Part shown: piece by piece, positions 59,483-64,000 of the stretch
How the letters are laid out: every line of letters begins with the position of its first letter
How positions within the stretch are numbered: position 1 is the first letter of the stretch
NCBI GenBank assembly: GCA_963674755.2
Contig: CAXXVS010000003.1
Coordinates: 1,056,001-1,120,000 of the forward strand
Reading direction: 5' to 3'
DNA: 64,000 bases
Source of the DNA: Desulfobacterales bacterium
Lineage (GTDB): Bacteria > Desulfobacterota > Desulfobacteria > Desulfobacterales > UBA5852
The notes under the pieces: model-generated
The model's database searches: none
What the model saw: the letters and a program-made list of their open reading frames with translations, nothing else
What the model was told of the DNA's origin: nothing
Translations under genes and position numbers: made by a program

Positions 59483-61153
59483 TCAGAAGTCGGAAAGGTT
59501 CTGATAGAACATGGCCGTGGCCGGGCTGCTGACCGTGGGATCGGTGACGACATTCACACAGGCCGGCTTACCGGATGCCATCGCCCGTTTGATGGCCGGG
59601 TTGATATCTTCGTCTTTTGTGACAAGCTCACCGTAGCCTCCCAAGCCCTCCACCACTTTTTCGTAGTGCCGCATCCCCAGTTCCGCGCAGGTGCAGCGGT
59701 CGCATCCAAGGCTCATTTCCTGGGAGTGTTTGATCATGCCCCAGGCACAGTCATTGTTGATAACACAGACGACCGGGATGTTGTGGCGCACCATGGTGTC
59801 GAATTCCATGGCGTTGAAACCGAAAGAGCCGTCGCCGTGCAGCAGGATAACAGGTTTGTCCGGGTGCGCCAGCTTGGCGGCCATGGCAAAAGGGATGCCG
59901 GTCCCCAGGCAGCCCAGGAGGGCCCCCGCCGGCGTCAAAACACCGGCCTTGTGGTCGGAGAGGAACCCGGCCATGCTGTAATAGCTGGTGTCACCACCAT
60001 CGGATACATAGTAGGCATCCGTGCCAAATTCTTCCATGATTCGTGCGACCAAGCGGAACGGATGGATGGGATCGGATGCGGTGTTCTTCTGCTCAATCTC
60101 GGTGGTCATAAACGCCTTGTAGGCCTTTTTGACTTTGCCCACCCAATCGTCATGACGGGTTGCATTGACCAGGGGGACCAGGGCGTCGAACACCTGGCCG
60201 CAATCCCCGGCCAGGCCTACATCGGAAGTCCTGTTTCGGTCGATTTCATTGGGGTCGATATCGATGCGGACGACTTTGGCATCCGGGAAGAGTTTGGTGG
60301 CCTGCATAACCCAGTTGAACCGGATACCCGCCGCAATGATGACATCCGCCTGGGGTGCTACTGCCGACACAGCCGTAAAAGCGCCATCGTTGATCGACAA
60401 GGGATGGGTGTCCGGCAGAACACCGCGGCCGTTATTGAGCAGGGCAAAGGGAAAACCGATTTTTTCAATAAAGTGCTTAAAACTCTGATCACTGCCACTC
60501 ATGCCGATGCCGCTGCCACCGATAAACAGGGGCTTCCGGGCGCTGTTGATAAGCGTGGCGGCTTCTTCCAACTCGGCGTCGTGGGGACGGGTGACGGTTC
60601 GGTGGCTTTTTTTGGCGGGGAAATGGACCTCTTTTTCATCCATGGACACGAAAAGGATATCCGGCGGGAGCTCCAGAAAGACCGGTCCGGGTTTTCCTTG
60701 GGTGGCCTGCCGAAAAGCCATCGCCAGATATTCGGGGATCCGTTTAATATCGTAGCAGGTGGCGGACCACTTGGTGATTGGTTTCACCATGTCGATCTGG
60801 TTCATCTCCTGCAATGCGCCCTTTAAATCATCGCGCAGGGGGTGCCGGCCGCAGAGGACGACTAGGGGGGCATTGTCCAGAAAGGCGTTGGCAATACCGG
60901 TGAGGGCGTTGGTAAACCCCGGGCCGGCCGTGACCAGGCATACGCCGGGCTTGTTTTTATAGATCGACCAGGCATGAGCCATCATGGCGGCAGCCTGTTC
61001 GTGCCGGACGTCGATGGTTTTGATATCGTAGGTGTTCAGTCCGTCCAGAAGATTTTCGATGTGGCCGCCCGAAAGGGTGAAGATCATTTCCACTTGTTCC
61101 ACATCCTTCATGTATCTGGCCGCGATGTGTCCACCGTATATCTGTGTCATCAT
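59483..61153 (-). CDS. TPP-dependent enzyme, 2-hydroxyacyl-CoA lyase/oxalyl-CoA decarboxylase-like
   Basis: FTLSGGHI, RHEQAAA, TAGPGFTN, GALQE and GDGSFGFNAMEFDT...NN..WG. Confidence 0.88.
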   Translation of the reverse strand: MMTQIYGGHIAARYMKDVEQVEMIFTLSGGHIENLLDGLNTYDIKTIDVRHEQAAAMMAHAWSIYKNKPGVCLVTAGPGFTNALTGIANAFLDNAPLVVLCGRHPLRDDLKGALQEMNQIDMVKPITKWSATCYDIKRIPEYLAMAFRQATQGKPGPVFLELPPDILFVSMDEKEVHFPAKKSHRTVTRPHDAELEEAATLINSARKPLFIGGSGIGMSGSDQSFKHFIEKIGFPFALLNNGRGVLPDTHPLSINDGAFTAVSAVAPQADVIIAAGIRFNWVMQATKLFPDAKVVRIDIDPNEIDRNRTSDVGLAGDCGQVFDALVPLVNATRHDDWVGKVKKAYKAFMTTEIEQKNTASDPIHPFRLVARIMEEFGTDAYYVSDGGDTSYYSMAGFLSDHKAGVLTPAGALLGCLGTGIPFAMAAKLAHPDKPVILLHGDGSFGFNAMEFDTMVRHNIPVVCVINNDCAWGMIKHSQEMSLGCDRCTCAELGMRHYEKVVEGLGGYGELVTKDEDINPAIKRAMASGKPACVNVVTDPTVSSPATAMFYQNLSDF

Positions 61154-61206
61154 GTTCTCCTCGAGTCTTGAAAGTTTTGTTTCAATTTGATGGCCGCCCG
61201 ATCGAT

Positions 61207-61566
61207 TCACGACATAATAATTTTAGTACCATCCTCGAACCACTGGGCAAAAAAGCTCATGCCGGCGACTTTGAGTTTCCCCTCGGCGGCGGCATTGAAG
61301 GACGCATCTTTCTTTTTGCTGGTCAGGACCGAAAATCCGGTGGCGGCATCTCTGAAGATCAGTGCCACATCGAAGATTTCCTGATTTCCCGCCATCGAGG
61401 AAACCTTGCCCTTGTTGAAGACGAAAAGCCTCGCTCGCCGGTTGTCCCTGGTCTTGATCAGAACACGTGCATCGGTGTTGCGGATGTAATGCTTAAATGG
61501 CTTGGAGGTAATTGAGGCAACTTTCAAAATTTGCCCCAGGGCGAAAAGAAGTAACGTAAATCGCAT
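61207..61566 (-). CDS. Hypothetical protein (SCP2-like)
   Basis: MRF.LLL..LG..L..AS, IKT.D...AR.F and F.DA..GF..L...G.L...G...AQWF. Confidence 0.65.
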   Translation of the reverse strand: MRFTLLLFALGQILKVASITSKPFKHYIRNTDARVLIKTRDNRRARLFVFNKGKVSSMAGNQEIFDVALIFRDAATGFSVLTSKKKDASFNAAAEGKLKVAGMSFFAQWFEDGTKIIMS

Positions 61567-61600
61567 GAATATCTCCTGTCGTCTTTTTATGGGCTCCCGG

Positions 61601-62821
61601 CTACACAAACGATACCAGTGTTTTTACCGCTTTGTGTTTTTCCTTGTTCATGTTGACCTCGATCATGTCCAGGTAATCTTCCAATTTGAACTTATGGGTC
61701 ACCAGGGCTTCGGCATCGATCCGGCCCGCCGTCATAAACTCCAGCGCGACGTCGAACACATGGCGTTCTTTCCCCTCATAGGTCACCAAGCCATAGCCGT
61801 ACACGCCCTTTACGGTCTGGAGTTTCAACCACAGTGGCGTCAGATCTATTTTGACTTCCTTGCCGATGCCCACCACGCTCAGGGTGCCGAAGGCTGCCAG
61901 CAGCCGCAAACTCATATTCAGGGTAAATGAGTTACCCACCGTGTCGTAGATTCGGTTGAAACCACCCATGAGGATATCGCTTCCCAACAGGGGTTTGTAG
62001 ATGGTGGCGCCGGTGACGTCGGACGACTGTTTAAAAACCTGTTTCCAGGCAATGATTTCGCCTGCGCCCATTTTGATGGCCAGATCGGCGGCATAGGGGG
62101 AGGGCTCGATCACGGATATGTGACATTCCGGCGACAAGGCACGTAAAGACTGGATGACCAGATTGCCGATGACGCCGCCTCCGATGACAAGGGCCTTGTC
62201 CCCGGGCGTCGGGAGATTGTCGAACACGGTCTGCAGGGCCACGGCAAGTGGCTCGGTCATGGCGGCGGATTCCAGGGAAAGTCCATCGGGTATTTTAAAC
62301 AGCTGGCTCTGGTGGGCCACCATGAACGGCGCAAATCCGCCGTTGATCGAACTGTTGATACCGGTGAACATGCCCGGCTGAAGATTTCCCCGCGCAAAGT
62401 TCTCGCAGTTGGAAGGTCGACCGGCCCTGCAGCTGGGACACTTCGCCGCAATGCTCCGGGTTTCGCAACCTAGCCCCGGATTGACGGCGACGATGTCGCC
62501 AACCTTGAGTCCGTCGACCCTCTCGCCCGTATCGATGATTTTGCCGACGATTTCGTGGCCGGTAACGCACGGAAAGGATGTAAATGGTGAGGCTGTCGGG
62601 GAGTCGTGCAGGAGCATAAGATTGAGATCGCTCCCGCAGAAACCGCAATAGATGGTTTGGATTTTGACCCATTCTTGCGCTGGAAGCTGCGGCTCGGGGA
62701 TATCTACCAGTTTCGTCGTTTTCACCGGCCCCTTGAAAAACACCCTGTTGCCCAGAAAGGGTTTAAGGCTTTTGGCCGCAATGAACTTGGGCGTGTTGAC
62801 GCTGAATTGCAATGCTCTCAT
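61601..62821 (-). CDS. Zinc-dependent (MDR) alcohol dehydrogenase
   Basis: CGFCGSD, GHEIVG, C...CxxC...C structural zinc site, GGGVIG. Confidence 0.92.
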   Translation of the reverse strand: MRALQFSVNTPKFIAAKSLKPFLGNRVFFKGPVKTTKLVDIPEPQLPAQEWVKIQTIYCGFCGSDLNLMLLHDSPTASPFTSFPCVTGHEIVGKIIDTGERVDGLKVGDIVAVNPGLGCETRSIAAKCPSCRAGRPSNCENFARGNLQPGMFTGINSSINGGFAPFMVAHQSQLFKIPDGLSLESAAMTEPLAVALQTVFDNLPTPGDKALVIGGGVIGNLVIQSLRALSPECHISVIEPSPYAADLAIKMGAGEIIAWKQVFKQSSDVTGATIYKPLLGSDILMGGFNRIYDTVGNSFTLNMSLRLLAAFGTLSVVGIGKEVKIDLTPLWLKLQTVKGVYGYGLVTYEGKERHVFDVALEFMTAGRIDAEALVTHKFKLEDYLDMIEVNMNKEKHKAVKTLVSFV

Positions 62822-62952
62822 ATGGCCTCCACAAGACGAGCAGCGGTTCCTCCCGGTGCCGATTGAGTCCCTGGTATGCGAGTCGCCGATCACAACTGGC
62901 GCTTTGCGGGCCAGAGATCCTTCAAGGTATGGGTAGCGATTACAGAAGGCAT

Positions 62953-63035
62953 AATACGAATAAATATTCATATTTGTAAAGAAAAATATTTATTAAAAAT
63001 TTAATATTATAAGTAAATAAGTCGAATAATTATTC
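62953..63035. promoter_or_regulatory. TetR-type palindromic operators in the divergent promoter
   Basis: AATAcGAATAAATATTCaTATT (62953-62974) and GAATAATTATTC (63024-63035). Confidence 0.6.
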
Positions 63036-63114
63036 ATAAAAAATAATTCTCCTTGAAACCATTGATCAAGTGTGTAAGATTTTCTTGGTTTGATAATAAT
63101 AATGCGGAGACGAT

Positions 63115-63729
63115 ATGAGCAGTGTCAGAACACCGAAACAACAACGGGGCATTGAGACCCGCAAACAGATCATAAAGGCGGCCTTTAAATTATTTGCCGA
63201 AAAGGGAATCCATGGCACCAACTCAACGGAGATTGCCCAAAAAGCGGGGATCTCCATCGGCAGTTTTTATTCCTATTTCAAGAACAAAAAAGTACTTCTG
63301 CTTGAAATGCTGGAAGGTTATGTGGAAGAGCACTACAAGATGGTGTGGCGGAAATTGGACGGTTTTAATCTGGATGAATTAGATCGCGATAAGATCAATG
63401 CCATCATCGCAAGTGTGTTCGAGGCATACGACATCGCGCCAGAGTTCCACCGCCAGACCCATGCGCTCAGGTATTCGGACCTTGATATCAAACGCATTTA
63501 CGACAGGGAACGGGTGCGCCAGGTCGATCAGATCCAGTACCTGATAGAAAAAAATATCAATCGTCTGGTGCACATCAAAGATCCCCATATCGCCGCGATG
63601 GTCATCCATAACGCCGTTGAGAACGTCGCCCACACGGCGAAGTTTATGGGCTCCGACATCGAGGAAGGACGTCTGGTCGGTGGCCTGGCGGACATGATTT
63701 CCGGGTTCCTCCTGGGGGATAGTGGTTAA
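63115..63729 (+). CDS. TetR/AcrR family transcriptional regulator
   Basis: RTPKQQR..ETR..I..AA..LF...G and IA..AGISIGSFYSYFKNK. Confidence 0.93.
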   Translation: MSSVRTPKQQRGIETRKQIIKAAFKLFAEKGIHGTNSTEIAQKAGISIGSFYSYFKNKKVLLLEMLEGYVEEHYKMVWRKLDGFNLDELDRDKINAIIASVFEAYDIAPEFHRQTHALRYSDLDIKRIYDRERVRQVDQIQYLIEKNINRLVHIKDPHIAAMVIHNAVENVAHTAKFMGSDIEEGRLVGGLADMISGFLLGDSG

Positions 63730-63821
63730 GCCGGTTAGTTAGGGCCGCGTCCCAACCTTCCACCGCTGACGGATCGCTTTATTAAATTTCAAGTCAAGTT
63801 CAATAAGCAACAAGAATAATC

Positions 63822-64000
63822 GGCGGTGGACCCCAAGAGTTGGACAGCCTGATGGTATAGATAAGCTATAAGCCGAGAGCGATTGTATAGAGAACAAGGC
63901 ATCAGGCAGCCTCGGCAAAAGGATGAGGTAGACCGTAATAGACCTCATCCGGGGTTAGATCGTCAAGAGAAGAATGCCCACGTTGCTGGTTGTAGTAGCG
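63822..64000 (-). mobile_element. Right end of an IS3-family element (transposase C-terminus 64000-63902 plus terminal repeat)
   Basis: RYYNQQRGHSSLDDLTPDEVYYGLPHPFAEAA*; minus-strand end CTGTCCAACTCTTGGGGTCCACCGCC. Confidence 0.85.

Overview
64-kb bacterial chromosomal window, mostly GC-rich; the gene content (DUF3786, sigma54 activator, PFOR, AbfD, TRAP/Tct transporters) suggests an anaerobic deltaproteobacterium, probably Desulfobacterales-like (inference only). From left to right: the end of an RND efflux operon with a TetR gene; a heat-shock cluster (two Hsp20, DnaJ-like) divergent from a putative tandem ribbon-helix-helix protein; RRM and degenerate cold-shock genes; an XRE-cupin/CMD/DUF3786 cluster; modABC-tsaA with a divergent XRE/PBP-like regulator; an IS5 relic; a ~23-kb organic-acid catabolic island (TctABC, FAH, SDR, GlcDF, LarA-like, TRAP, AbfD, PFOR, two IclR, AraD1, KGSA dehydrogenase); a thioesterase and an OYE; a ~12-kb redox/repair island; a CPA2 antiporter; a TetR-controlled ADH/TPP-enzyme/VOC operon; and the end of an IS3 element. 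The strongest signals missing from the ORF track are in the redox island. An OsmC-family gene has an in-frame TGA at its catalytic Cys position followed by a SECIS-like hairpin (candidate selenoprotein). Three sigma54 promoters share the same triple-palindrome enhancer, and two of them lie in a 218-bp direct repeat. A eukaryote-type DEP domain is fused to a MerA/RclA-like flavoprotein disulfide reductase. No rRNA, tRNA or CRISPR array was seen. All family calls come from motif recognition by eye; no database search was run.
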